Assembly: GCF_006345805.1 (NCBI RefSeq)
Contig: NC_042999.1
Location: forward strand, 558,001-622,000
From: Octopus sinensis
Lineage: Eukaryota
Length of the DNA stretch: 64,000 nt
Direction: 5' to 3'
In this document: positions 1 through 13,795 of the stretch, in pieces
Numbering within the stretch: the first letter of the stretch is position 1
Layout of the letters: each line of letters starts with the position of its first letter
Position numbers and translations under genes: made by a program
The notes under the pieces: generated by a model
What the model was told of the DNA's origin: nothing
What the model saw: the letters and a program-made list of their open reading frames with translations, nothing else
Database searches by the model: none

Positions 1-174
1 AATCAGAAACGACACGCAAGTAAAGATGCTCTCACACGCATCACAAAAACACATAGACTATTACCAGAGATATACAGACATCAACACGCACGCACACAGA
101 TATAAACATATGCATATACACACACACGCACGCACACCCATGTATGTATATATTTAGATATGTATGTATGTATG

Positions 175-284
175 TATGTATCTACCTACCTACTTACCAA
201 ACGATCTATCTGTCTATCTGTATATCTATCTATCTATCTACCTATCTATCTATCTATCTATCTATCTGTCTATCTATCTGTCTG

Positions 285-330
<46 letters not shown>

Positions 331-396
331 CATCCATCTATCCATCCATCTGTCTATCTATCTTTCTATCTACCCATGCTTCTATCCATACATCTG

Positions 397-451
<55 letters not shown>

Positions 452-525
452 GTCTGTCTGTCTATTTGTTTATCTATATATCTATCTATCCATCTATCTG
501 TCTATCTATCTTTCTATCTAGTTAT

Positions 526-569
<44 letters not shown>

Positions 570-590
570 ATATATATATATATATATGTG
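175..590. repeat. (TATC)n/(TA)n compound microsatellite
   Basis: Direct TATC/TGTC tandem array followed by a TA run. Confidence 0.95.
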
Positions 591-961
591 AGTGTGTATA
601 TATATATATATATATATTACGCACACACACACACACACACACATATACATACATACTCACATACATATAAGCAGACTTATATTCATATGATATGTACACA
701 CATATGTAAATACGTACATAGACAGATTCCAGCGGTCTACACAGACATTGCGCACACTAACAGACATCTTCCACGCATTTTGAGGAGAAAATAACTAAAT
801 CCGGAATGGCTAAACGGCAAATGACAGAACAGGAAAATTGCATATGTTAACTGACATATCATCGGAAACAAACACACAAATAAAACGCAAACCTAATATA
901 TTCTCCCACCTTCTTTCTGTGTCATACATCTGTACACAAAACAAAAAGAAATGATAATAAG

Positions 962-1004
<43 letters not shown>

Positions 1005-1970
1005 CATGGAAAGGTAAATGACAGAGCGATCGGATGAAGAAATAAGTATAATAAATAAAAAGATGTGTAAATATAAAATAGATATAAATGAGCAAATGGA
1101 AAATGTATATAAAGCAACGACAAATATGTTTGGTGTGTTTGATCGTGTAATGCCAGAAATGGTAATGTAGTGTCTAATACAGAGACAACACAGTGCGAAA
1201 AGCGAATGAAAGGGAAACCTAGCTGCCATTATTGGTAATTTAGTGTTAACGGTGAATACATGATGAATATCGAATATACTGTCGTTGGTAAATATATACA
1301 ATAAATACGAGGGTGGCTATATGGGGTGAGGGGAATAAAATAGAAAACGAAACGAAACGAAACGAAGAGGGAAGGAGAACAGGGAGTGGGTGAATTTTGG
1401 GAAGCGCTACAAAATGAAAGCAAAAATAAGCAGAGAGAGAGAGAAAGAAATGGAAAGAGATATAGGGAGGGTAGGAGAGAGAGAAATGGAGAGAGACAGA
1501 GAGTAGGGGCCAAAAGGACTGAAAGAATGAGTGAGGGAAGGAGAGAAAAAGAAACAGATAAATAACACTTTGAAGAATCTGAAATGCTAATAAAAAAATT
1601 GGAAAATCATTTCACTCTAGGAGATCGAAATATATGTGGTGTGTTCAGCAAGAAATCGCTATACACACACATACACACACAATATATAGGTATATATATA
1701 TATATATATACATCCATTCATACATGCATATATACATTTATCCATACCTACATGTATATATACATACATATATACATATATATAAATATGTATTTAAATA
1801 TATGCATATATATGTATATATATATGCATGTATATATATGCATATATATATATATGTATATGAAAACTATATATACAACTATATGCATGATGTGTAGCTG
1901 TATACAGGAATTCACATGTGCATGTATGTTTATATGAATAAATAAATATATGTATGTATCTGTGTGTGCG

Positions 1971-2004
<34 letters not shown>

Positions 2005-2587
2005 CATATATTTGTACAAAAGGAACCGAAAGTATGATATTAGAAACGTTGAGAATGAAAATTCATGGATGATTAATTTTTGAACGAAACTCTCACGGAA
2101 TCAATGTACTAAGGATAACAACATTGATGGCTGACACATGTATAAGTGTCGCTATTGAAAGGAGACAGAATAGAATTGATTATATCGGGTCTAGTACTCA
2201 ATTTTTATATATTCTGTGGAACTAAAATGATGAAAATTAAAGCAAACTCCAGTGCATTTTGATTTCCGATTACAAAGCGCAATGAATTTCGACATTTCTT
2301 CTATTTATTCCTGTAATTAACTGAATGACAGAACAAATCGAAAAGATTATAGACATAAATTCATTCAAGTTCTTTATAAACCCTTGCATATTGGTGGTAC
2401 TGTCTTTATTCATTTCGGGACAGTCGGTATTAGAAAGTGATTTCGAGGTTCTGTTGAAAGTAAATTAAACTTAATTAACACTACAATCTGTTATTGGTGG
2501 TAAAGTGAGGCACCAATAAAATTCTAGACGATTTTAACTTAATTCTGCGAAGTCTTTGAGTGTTGCTTTACCAATTCTTTCATCAGT

Positions 2588-2622
<35 letters not shown>

Positions 2623-2655
2623 TATATATAATATATATATATATTATATATATAT

Positions 2656-2702
<47 letters not shown>

Positions 2703-2804
2703 ATAAATATATATGTGCACACACACAGATACACACACGCACTGATTCAATACTACTTCTTTTTTTATACTCACACATATATATATATATATATAGACAC
2801 AGAA

Positions 2805-3680
<876 letters not shown>

Positions 3681-3715
3681 GATACACACATACACATACA
3701 CACAGACATGTATAT

Positions 3716-3965
3716 TAAAGGGTAAAGACCCCTTCGGTTAGTTTGTGGAAGACCACCAGTCGCCCATGCATAACCTCTCCACGTCACCCATGTTAAGGGA
3801 AAGACAAAGTCCGATAGGGTTTGGAACCAGTGACATTGCAACTCATTTCTAAAACTAAGTGAAATGGAGCAACATGAAATTAAGTGTCTTGCTCCAGAAC
3901 ACAGTACACAGCCTGATCCGGTAATCGAAGTCACTACTCACGATTTTGAGCCTGACCATGCGCCT
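3716..3965 (-). mobile_element. tRNA-derived SINE family D, diverged
   Basis: Matches the copy at 19612-19947 (gagcaac.tgaaat.aagtgtcttgctc, cagtcgcccatgcata). Confidence 0.75.
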
Positions 3966-3974
3966 TCATATATA

Positions 3975-4540
3975 CGAGGGTGAGTCAAGAAGTAATGCCA
4001 TTTTGTTTAGGACAGGTATAATTACCAACACAGGTACATGTATCTAACGTCAAAATGAAGCTGTTCCTCTGTGGTTCACATCCCTACTTCTCAATATAGT
4101 CATCATTTCTCTCAATAGCAATGTTCCACCTTCGAATGAGAGCATGTATCCCTGCACCGTAAAATTCTATTGACTATTCTTCGAGCCACTTCTTCACTAC
4201 AGTTTTCACTTCCTAGTCACTGGACTATCGTCGTCACTAGACTTTCATCACTTCGGCCCCATGAAAGAGGGTTTGAGAGGCAAATATTATTCAAGTGACG
4301 AGAAAGTGAAAACTGTAGTGAAGACGTGGCTCAAAGAACAGTCAACAGAATTTTACGGGACAAGGATACATGCTCTCATTCGAAGGTGGAACATTGCTAT
4401 TAAGAGAAATAGTGACCATGCTGAGAAGTAGGGATGTGATCCACAGAGGACCAGCTTCATTTTGATGTATGATACATGTTCCTGTGTTAGTAATTATACC
4501 TGTCCTAAACAAAATGGCATTACTTTTTGACTCACACTCG
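3975..4540. mobile_element. Mariner-derived foldback made of two inverted 3' ends
   Basis: TIRs cgagggtgagtcaagaagtaatgccattttgtttaggacagg and its complement, TA flanks; right arm encodes DFHHFGPMKEGLRGKYYSSDEKVKTVVKTWLKEQ...RWNIAIKRNSDHAEK*. Confidence 0.85.
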
Positions 4541-4591
4541 TATATATATATATATGATAGCCTGAAGGTGCTAAATCTGGTGAGTGTAGAG

Positions 4592-4817
4592 GTAGTTAAG
4601 ACGTGGCTCAAAGAACAGTCAATAGAATTTTACGGTGCAGGGATACATGCTCTCATTCGAAGGTGGAACATTCCTATTAAGAGAAATAGTGACCATGCTG
4701 AGAAGTAGGGATGTAATCCACAGAGGACCAGCTTCCTTTTGATGTATGATACATGTTCCTGTGTTGGTAATTATACCTGTCCTAAACAAAATGCCATTAC
4801 TCTTTGACTCACACTCG
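4592..4817 (+). mobile_element. Third copy of the same mariner 3' end
   Basis: Direct repeat of ~4315-4540, ending in the same TIR plus TA. Confidence 0.85.
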
Positions 4818-6167
4818 TATATATTAAGATGTATGTGTGTACATATGATTGTGTACGGAGACAAAAATAGTTGATTAAATATCAATAATCATCAATCATT
4901 AATACAAATAATTCTGATTGTTAGTCACGCCAAAATTGTTCTGCTACTTAATATGGAATTAATCAATATATCACATCTGCAATTAAAAGTTAGTTAAACA
5001 GCATTGTTATTATTGATAACGTATATCTATTGTAAATATTACATATCAAATATTTGTTTGTCTAATTATATTTTAATTCAATAAATATTTATATTTTGAA
5101 AATTAATAATCATTTAATTATTTTGTACAAAGATCGTCAATTTGGAAAACAACGTAAAATATTAATTATTGTAAATACCAGACAGTGTCTGATATTATCC
5201 AGCCTCGTAAAAATATTTTTTCAATGTTGCTCATTGTATGGATGGTAACACCGTAGTATTTTTATATTTAAGTTTTCGCTAAGCTGTAATTTAGTACAAT
5301 TGTTTCATACTACAACATTTTATCAAAAGCTGTAAATATTACAGCAGATTTAAGATGCCGAGTAATCTTCAGCTAATTTTATATAGGTTTTCCAATAATA
5401 TGATGTTCTCAGATCAATTAATAACATCTTAGGGAAGGTAAATATACAGATAAAGATGTAGATATGAATCTTAGGAACATGAGGTAGTGTAGTTCGGATG
5501 CAAACTGACCAAAATTTTGTTCACAACTGTTAGTTGAAATATTAAAGTTTTGGACATAATTCTTAGTCTACATTATTCCGAAAAAAGCATAAGGCCAGTT
5601 TCCCTATTTCCTTGTAGTATTTAATCCTCCCTTAACGGGAGGCCGGTCCGTCGCATGTTTTCTCATTTTTGTTACCTAAGTAGACAGGAGCAACGTCTAA
5701 TGAAGGATTTTGCTCAAGAACACAACAATTCGCTTGGTTTAAGAACAGAAACTACAATCTTAAGATCATAAGTCCACATCACTCCAGTTGTCAACCACGA
5801 AGCCATGCACTTCCAGTTGGACATTATGTCTTACGCTATTCGTTGTAACACGCTATTCTTTTTGTTTGTTTTTTTTAAGTTTCAATCTGGTCGAGATCAG
5901 CGTCACTAGTTGTCCTTTACTGCTTGTGACAATATAGAAAAACAGAATTGTCCATTGTTGGGTTACCCTCAGCCTCTCTGTATTATATATGTAATTCGAA
6001 AATGCAGTCTCGTCAAATTTTGTCAAAGAGCAAAGATCTGTTTAGCATTAAAGTTACATAAGACTTCAGTCTGAATCCTTAATTGCCATCTGTTCTCAGC
6101 AGGTTGAAAATCAAGGATCTGCGTTCAAGTCTTTTCACCACCATTCTTACATATTCACTATAATATA

Positions 6168-6400
6168 TATTTCTTTATTGCCCACAAGGGGCTAAACACA
6201 GAGGGGAAAAACAAAGACAGACAAAGTGATTAAGTCGATTACATCAACCCCAGTGTTTAACTGGTACTTAATTTATCAACCTCGAAAGGATGAAAGGCAA
6301 AGCCGGCCAGGGCGGAATTTGAACCCAGAACATAACGGCAAACGGAATACGGCTACGCATTTCGCCCGGCGTGCTTACGTTTCTGCCAGCTCACCGCCTT
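6168..6400 (-). mobile_element. tRNA-derived SINE family B
   Basis: A/B-box-like head and central gccttt catcctttcg..gtcgataaattaagtaccag domain; candidate TSD tcactataatata (6155-6167, 6404-6416). Confidence 0.9.
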
Positions 6401-6508
6401 CAATCACTATAATATAATTAAGTCCAGTCCTTGATATCATCAAACGAGTTTGTTCTCGTTCTTCCTCTGGAGTGTTTGCCATTTCCTTTTTAGTAATAAT
6501 TTTTGTAC

Positions 6509-6888
6509 GTGGAGTCGCAATGTCCCAGTGGTTAGGGCAGCAGACTCACGGTCATAGAATCGCGGTTTCGATTTCCAAACAGGGCGCTGTGAGTGTTTAT
6601 TGAGCGAAAACACCTAAAGTTCCACGAGGCTCCGGCAGGGGGTGCTGGCGAACCGTATTGTAATCTTTCACTAGAACTTTTTCTCCCTCTTTCTTCCTGT
6701 TTCTGTTGTACCCATATTTCAAAGTGCCAGCCTTGTCACACTCAGTATCACGCAGAATCTCCCCGAGAACTACTTTAAGGGTACACGTGTCTGTGGAGTG
6801 CTCAGCCTCTTGCACGTTAATTTTACGAGCAGGCTGTCCCGTTCATCGGATCAACTGGAATCCTCAGCGTTGTAACCGACCGAGTGCC
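6509..6888 (+). mobile_element. tRNA-derived SINE family C
   Basis: Head cagtggttagggcagcagactcacggtc...gtttcgatt; body matches 41728-42111. Confidence 0.9.
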
Positions 6889-7278
6889 GTAGAATTTGTA
6901 TAATTTGTTCTCTCTCTACGCGAACAAATTTCTTTAGTTTCCTTATGTAAAAGTTGAAAGTAATAATCTTTATACTTACTAATTCTAGCCTTCTTTAATT
7001 CTGTTTTATTCCAACTATACGATAAAGTCAAAAACATGCTAGTTCATTTCTTTCTTGTTTCCTCACATCCTCTGCTTTTCATGTGGATGCTTTACTATCA
7101 TGCAAATAATAATATTTACGCAATACTCATGAAATCTTCTCTACAAAATGGCAGCGGAAATTATAATTTCTTGCGCTTTTCCAACCCGCTGTTAATCAGG
7201 CTGTTATGTTTTAAGAATAACAGTTTACCCAAGAATTTCGCCTTCCTATATGCTTGTGGAAATCAACAAATTACAACA

Positions 7279-7500
7279 TCTTGAACGCTAAAAAGAATAT
7301 AGTAAGAAAAGAGGATAAAATTCCGATGAAAGAAGATCGTGAGAAAAAAAAGGAAAGAAAAAAAAAAGAAAAAACGATCAAAAGGTATCGTGTCTCACAG
7401 AATTATTGTTAAAAATTTTTCCTTTCCTTTTTTTTCTCACGATCCTTTTTGATCGAGATTTTATCCTCTTTTCTTACTATATTCTTTTTAGCGTTCAGGA
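7279..7500. mobile_element. Short foldback/MITE with ~80 bp inverted arms
   Basis: tgaacgctaaaaagaatatagtaagaaaagaggataaaat recurs as a reverse complement at ~7458-7497. Confidence 0.75.
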
Positions 7501-7971
7501 TTTTGTATTGAATCCACTTATATGGTTCTATCAGAAACAACTACCATCAGACTATCTTATTGGATTAGCAAGCTTGACCAACTGAGGATATGGATATTAT
7601 CCAGCTACACCGCTCTTAATCTAATCCTAGATTTCCTGCAGTTTGGCTTATTTTGAAGAATCTAGGGTTCCTGCTAGTTGGCTCGGATTGAATTATCTCC
7701 AAATCATCCCATCTAAAATAAACATCTCTTCTGCCTTGGTCATCTATTCCATGTCTAACACGAGAAAAGCTCCACGAGCGCCGTTTCAATATATTAAGAC
7801 TCTAGAATTCCCTAGGGTTTCCATACTAATATCGCTTAAAAGATCTCCAAACTGTATATTTCGAGACCAATACAAGACAAATTACTATCTTTGTGTCAAC
7901 ATTTGAAACTATTAATATTGCCTTGGTATTGTTCCGCCTTATCCTTCACCCTGATAGCAAATAAAATAAAT

Positions 7972-8031
7972 TATCATTATTATTATTATTATTATTATTA
8001 TTAGTAGTGGTAGTAGTAGTAGAAGTAGTAG

Positions 8032-8066
<35 letters not shown>

Positions 8067-8146
8067 GTGGTAGTAGTAGTAGTAGTAGTAGTAGTAGTAT
8101 CATTATTGTTGTTGTTGTTGTTGTTCTGGCTGTTGTTGTTGTTGTT
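7972..8146. repeat. Compound (TTA)/(TAG)/(TTG) trinucleotide microsatellite
   Basis: Direct inspection. Confidence 0.95.
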
Positions 8147-8305
8147 GACGGATATGATGCATACCGTCAAAGTGACACTAGGGTAAAATATACGAAGGGT
8201 AGTATACCCATCATGACTACTCGTCTGATAAGGGTACACCAGGCACATGCATCGCAACCATATGTGCGCAGCATGGCGATCTCATATCAAGATAAACATC
8301 ACGGG
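8147..8305 (-). mobile_element. 3' end of a non-LTR element with trinucleotide-repeat tail
   Basis: Shares caaagtgaca.t.gggtaaaatatacgaag with 17683-17739; both abut TAA-type repeats. Confidence 0.6.
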
Positions 8306-8993
8306 ACTGAATGTCTGATTTGTATTTGAGAGACATTTCTTCTAATCAAGCAGACGGCTTTGATATGAAGTCTAGTATGTCTGTGTGCACATCAGCATCA
8401 CTTATCATGTATGAGAGCTAATATGATTACAACAAGGTTTGATCTCAGATCTATGATTTTATAAGTAGCTGATATAAGCTACAACGTCTACCTCTATAAT
8501 GTCAGTGTACGTACTTATGTTAATTTGATGATTGTGAAAAAATAAACATTTAAAAGAACGCAGAGATAAAGAAGTAAAACTCTACCAAAAGCTTCTTCTA
8601 ACTTTCTCGTCTGTTCTACCTACTTTCAATTTGATAAATATTGCTAAAATATAAATAAATTAGATTGGAATTTTGAAAACAGCTAATGCCGATAGTTTCA
8701 CTAACCTTATAAAACAAGTACGGATTGCCTACATATTGGAATAGACACATCAAGTATGGCAGACGATAGAGCTGACGTAAGCACAGTGAGTAATACGGAG
8801 TAGAAGAAACGGTAAGAAATCAATGGAAACTAATTCAAGATATAGTCTTAATTTACTGTTGTTACATATTCTACAATATTTCAATTATAATACACTTAAA
8901 ATTAAGAACAGCATGAAAGTCACATAATACCATTTCACAAGTTCATACCTACCTACCGACCCGTCTACGTACGTACGTACGTACCTACCTACT

Positions 8994-9055
<62 letters not shown>

Positions 9056-9381
9056 CGCTAATGCAAGCCTCGGACCTTTAACATAATTGATAAATCAATG
9101 TATCTTAAGTAAGATGGTTATTGGATGGTTAATACAAAATGCATAGCGATGCAGAACGAAAGAGAAGTGTATTAACTTAAGAATGGAACAGATTAAAAAC
9201 TATGGCAACTGTACACTGAATATAGAGTTGGAAATGATACAATCGTATGTTAGAGACAGAGTTGAGTAAGTAGGTATCTACACACATATACACACGTATA
9301 TATATATGTATATATATATATATACATGCATATATGTATTTATTGATATATATATATGTATATATATATATATTATATATA

Positions 9382-9426
<45 letters not shown>

Positions 9427-9449
9427 TATAGGCATGCATACATATATAT

Positions 9450-9665
9450 ATGTGACCTCGCGAGTACCGCTGGCGATTTTTTTTCCTCTGTCTTCCCTTC
9501 TCGGGATCTTTCCTTCTCCTATGTTTCCGACGAAGAGCTCCGCTCGAAACGTTAAACCCTCCTTCTTCCCTTCTTTCCTGAGCGTCCAATAACACTTTAT
9601 TTGTTCCACGTCCTCGCGTTGCTGTGTTTTTTGTTTCTTTTTGTATTTTCTTGTTTGGATTAATA
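9450..9665 (+). mobile_element. Short TA-flanked element carrying a hammerhead motif (Penelope terminal-repeat-like)
   Basis: ~200 bp island between (TA)n runs with a hammerhead motif at 9523-9557. Confidence 0.6.
9523..9557 (+). ncRNA. Minimal type I hammerhead ribozyme motif (U4C core)
   Basis: GTTT-CCGACGA-A-GAGC-TCC-GCTC-GAA-ACGT-T-AAAC: stem I 4 bp, stem II 4 bp, palindromic stem III. Confidence 0.65.
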
Positions 9666-10475
9666 TTATATATATATATATATATAATATATATATATAT
9701 ACTCTTTATTACAAAATACAGACCCCTTTTGTACGCATCTACAACAAAAGACATATCCATCACGGCTTTAGAATAACACAAACACACACGCAAGTATTAA
9801 AAAAATGATACATTTAGGAGACACACAAGAATTCATTAAAAACAGTCCCAGTCACTGCTATAATCCACAACGAGGTGCTTTTAGGTCACTTGACCATTTA
9901 AAACCCTACGACTATCATACCACCTACATTCCTTTCTTATTCTCCCTTCTCTTTCTCCTTCTTGTTCGTCTTCTTCACTCTCTGCCCCCCCCCCCTTCCT
10001 AACTTCAGCACTATTGCTGTTTAGAATATCACCTACGCAAATTTTATAAATAATACATTCAAAAGAGATGTCTCAAGAATTAAATCACTACTACCATCCA
10101 CAATGTTCAGGGCACTTGACCATTTAAAATCCTACTACTATTATGGCACTCTAATCCTCCTCCTCCTCCTCCTCCTCTTCCTCCTCCTTCTTCTCTTCTT
10201 CTGCTTCTTCTTCTTCTTCTTCTTCTTCCCTACCAAGAATTCACAACGACCTCGAACCCACAAGAGTAAACGCGAGAGAGGGAGATACAGGCAGAAACAA
10301 GGAAAATGACACTTGTATTTGAATACTATGCAAATATTCTTTAAAAAAAACTTTCGTGTTAATTTTTCCAAAATTTAATTGTTTTCCAAACTTACAGTTG
10401 AAAAAGTCTTAATGATTGAAACCGGTACAGAAATGTTTTTATAAAATTATTTTAGCATTTTCTACCTTGACTTTT

Positions 10476-10507
<32 letters not shown>

Positions 10508-10512
<5 letters not shown>

Positions 10513-10747
10513 GGGACTAAAAGGAATTGAAGCAGTAATGGAGTACGTCCGTTTCAAGTGGCTCCATTTAATTGAACAATTACATCAATTTAAATACTGC
10601 GCTGTCTTCAGCTGCACAAATATGGAACTTCAAATGACATGATACATTAATATATATCCTGTTACTTATTTTGACTTTATTCACCTTACTTCGAGCTTTG
10701 CGGATAATATCGAACTGATTTGGTGCCTCGACTGAAGTACCTAATTC

Positions 10748-10752
<5 letters not shown>
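10508..10752 (-). mobile_element. TA-flanked element with degenerate hammerhead motif
   Basis: Minus strand gcag-CTGAAGA...GAAACGGACGTA-ctcc at 10540-10615; related sequence at 22240-22405. Confidence 0.5.
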
Positions 10753-10789
<37 letters not shown>

Positions 10790-11120
10790 AAAATATAATA
10801 TGATATATTCATACTATAAAATTGGATTTAATCCTAAATCTGATTTTTCCCTGTAAGTTTGGATTTATTCCCTAATATTTTATTATTAATTAATATATTG
10901 ATAAATTACCTATATTGAGTGTAATATCTCAACTACGTAAATTATGGAATTTACAGGTAAGATAGAACCGCTATTTTGGAATTCATCCTTGAAGGATATT
11001 CCAATACCTTCTAGGAAAGAATATATTTTGAAACTTATTAATAATATTAATTTTATGTATTGGCTTATGTTTTTCATTGTTTGATTTGCCTAATAGTGTT
11101 TTTATCTCTAATTTAATATA

Positions 11121-11151
<31 letters not shown>

Positions 11152-11185
11152 ATATACATATAATATTAAATTAGAGATATTTATA

Positions 11186-11226
<41 letters not shown>

Positions 11227-11820
11227 TTTACATATATATACATACACACACACACACACTCACACACACACGATCGTTATGGCCTCTTTAAACCCACTAA
11301 GATATCTTAAATTGTCATAATATACCATGGGAAACTCTACTGAATTTCTATAAAACTCTTCGCTACACAAACTTTAAATATTAATTTTGATGGTTATGCT
11401 GAAGAGCGAACCTAACTAACGACTGTCACCTCGACAAACATATTTCACATTTAATAACCATAAAACTATCTGCGACGACAAATTATTAGATAAACTAACA
11501 CTAGTAAAATCGATGTAAGCGTTATTTGTATATACCTATTACACAATATTTTATCAAAACTTACCGTCATATCATAACGAATGTTTTGGAATGGTTCCAA
11601 TTCTGTTGCTGAATACTTGAAATTTATCAGTAATAAATATTGCATAAAATTTCTATAATTAGAGATAAATGATTACTCGACTTTTGTTATCAAGCCATTA
11701 CTTATTCATGTACTTAAGTTCGGTATGTCAGTCACAGATATTACCGACTCCGAAACGGAACATTTTCTACATACACACGTTTTGTAATGAACTACGGCCA
11801 ATATATACGATCAGAACAAT

Positions 11821-12229
11821 CCTATTTCTTTACTACCCACAAGGGGCTAAACACAGAGAGGACAAACATGGACAGACAAATAGAATAAGTCGATTATATA
11901 GACCCCAGAGCGTAACTGGTACTTAATTTATCGACTCCTAAAGGATGAAAGGCAAAGTCGACCTCGGAGAAATTTAACTCAGAACGTAGCAGCAGACAAA
12001 ATACCTATTACTTTACTACCCACAAGGGGCTAAACACAGAGAAGAGGACAAACAAGGACAGACAAACGGATTAAGTCGATTATATCGACCCCAATGCGTA
12101 ACTGATACTTATTTAATCGACCCCGAAAGGATGAAAGGCAAAGTGGACCTCGGCGGAATTTGAACTCAGAACGTAGCGGCAGACGAAATACGGCTACGCA
12201 TTTCGCCCAGCGTGCTAACGACTCTGCCA
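11821..12229 (-). mobile_element. SINE family B head-to-tail dimer
   Basis: Two units; the second begins at the internal atttcgtctgc position directly after the tail of the first. Confidence 0.9.
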
Positions 12230-12858
12230 TCCAACATCTACAGTGTTAGTTTGCGCGCGACCAAATCTTGTGAAATTCGTAATTGCAAAGTATAATATGA
12301 AATTTTTATCCTAAGACTGTGTTCCACTACATTATAAAAGATATTTATCGAAACCATGTCCTTTTCTTTCTCCATAATTATAGCACAATAAACTCGTAGG
12401 TATATATATTACCAAGCTAAAAACATATTAAATTATATATCCAGTATATATGTATTTACCTTACGAGTATTATTATTAATGATCTAGTTAAAATGAATTT
12501 GTCAGCTCTGTCCGTTTCCAAACAAATTTTCACTGATCCATGTAAATATTGCCTCTACAGAAATTCATTCAAATAGAAAATTTCGTATGCTGGAGGTAGC
12601 AGATTAACTGAAACCCATAGAAATATGGAAAATGAAAACTAGATCTTTTAATTTCACGGTAGCTTACCAATTAATAAGAAATTGCTTTCGAATACTTTCA
12701 AAACATTTCTCCTAAAGTATAAAAAATAATTCATTGGAAATACTTGATTTTGGTAACTTGAGAGAGATGACTACATAGCTTTAGCAGAATACATGTAATA
12801 TTTAATTTGCCACAAATAACAGTCATGTTACTCAAAGCAGGAGAACTTCGTGTCCGTG

Positions 12859-13095
12859 TACCTATTTCTTTACTACCCACAAGGGGCTAAACACAGAGAG
12901 GACAAAAAAGGACAGACAAACGGATTAATTCGATTATATCGACCCCAGTGCGTAACTGGTACTTAATTTATCGAGCCCGAAAGGATGAAAGGCAAAGTCA
13001 ACCTCGGTGGAATTTGAACTCAGAACATAACGGCAGACGAAATACGGCTACGTATTTCGCCCGGCCTGCAAACGTTTCTGCCAGCTCACCGCCTT
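12859..13095 (-). mobile_element. SINE family B, full length
   Basis: Full head and tail; 15 bp TSD cttcgtgtcc(g/a)tgta at 12846-12860 and 13096-13110. Confidence 0.92.
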
Positions 13096-13795
13096 CTTCG
13101 TGTCCATGTACCACACAAGCGACGCCAATGTGTTTTGACATGAAGATATTTTTATGTCTGATTTATTCTCAGCTAGTAAAATATATTCTATCTGCTTTAT
13201 AAGATGGACTACCACAAAATTTTACAAAAATAGTATCTTATAGCAACTATTAAAACGAATCATATCTAATCTGAAATGAACTAAGAAATGAAATGAATTT
13301 ATACCCAATGCTTTGAATTATCTTTCAAGGGATAGAGTGTACGTGTGTGTAAACCAATAATAATGGAGTTAAATTATGCACTGATTTCGCATCGAATCCT
13401 GTCAAACTATATTTCAACCAGAACGTAAGGGTCTAAGCTCAAGGGCTAATGATATTTTGCTTTCTCGTCGCATCTGAGTGTCGAAAACAAAAGCATTACT
13501 TGACACCTTTGGGTCTCAATGACACCATTATCTCTTATAACTTCAAGAAAAAAACATATATAAATTAAAATAGAACATCTTATTTAAATCTTATGCATAT
13601 TCGTGTAATAAAAATCTCTAGGTGACAGAGACCTTCGAAATCCTTTCTCTCTAAGTTTCTACTATTAACGGATAATGAGAACGAGTCTTGTCATATTAAT
13701 ATAAAAGATTTAAGAGTTTTATACTGTTTAAGATTATTATATATAATAATATTTTATCTTACATTGTGCATACTCAATCTGATGATTATCTAGAT

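Noticed and set aside
144-670. Long ORFs rich in [16 protein letters not shown] (here and throughout, e.g. 57757-58965)
   Set aside because: They are translations of stop-free microsatellites, not genes
7550-7950. Possible RTE-like RT remnant on the minus strand
   Set aside because: Only vague similarity with stops in every frame; cannot be supported by eye
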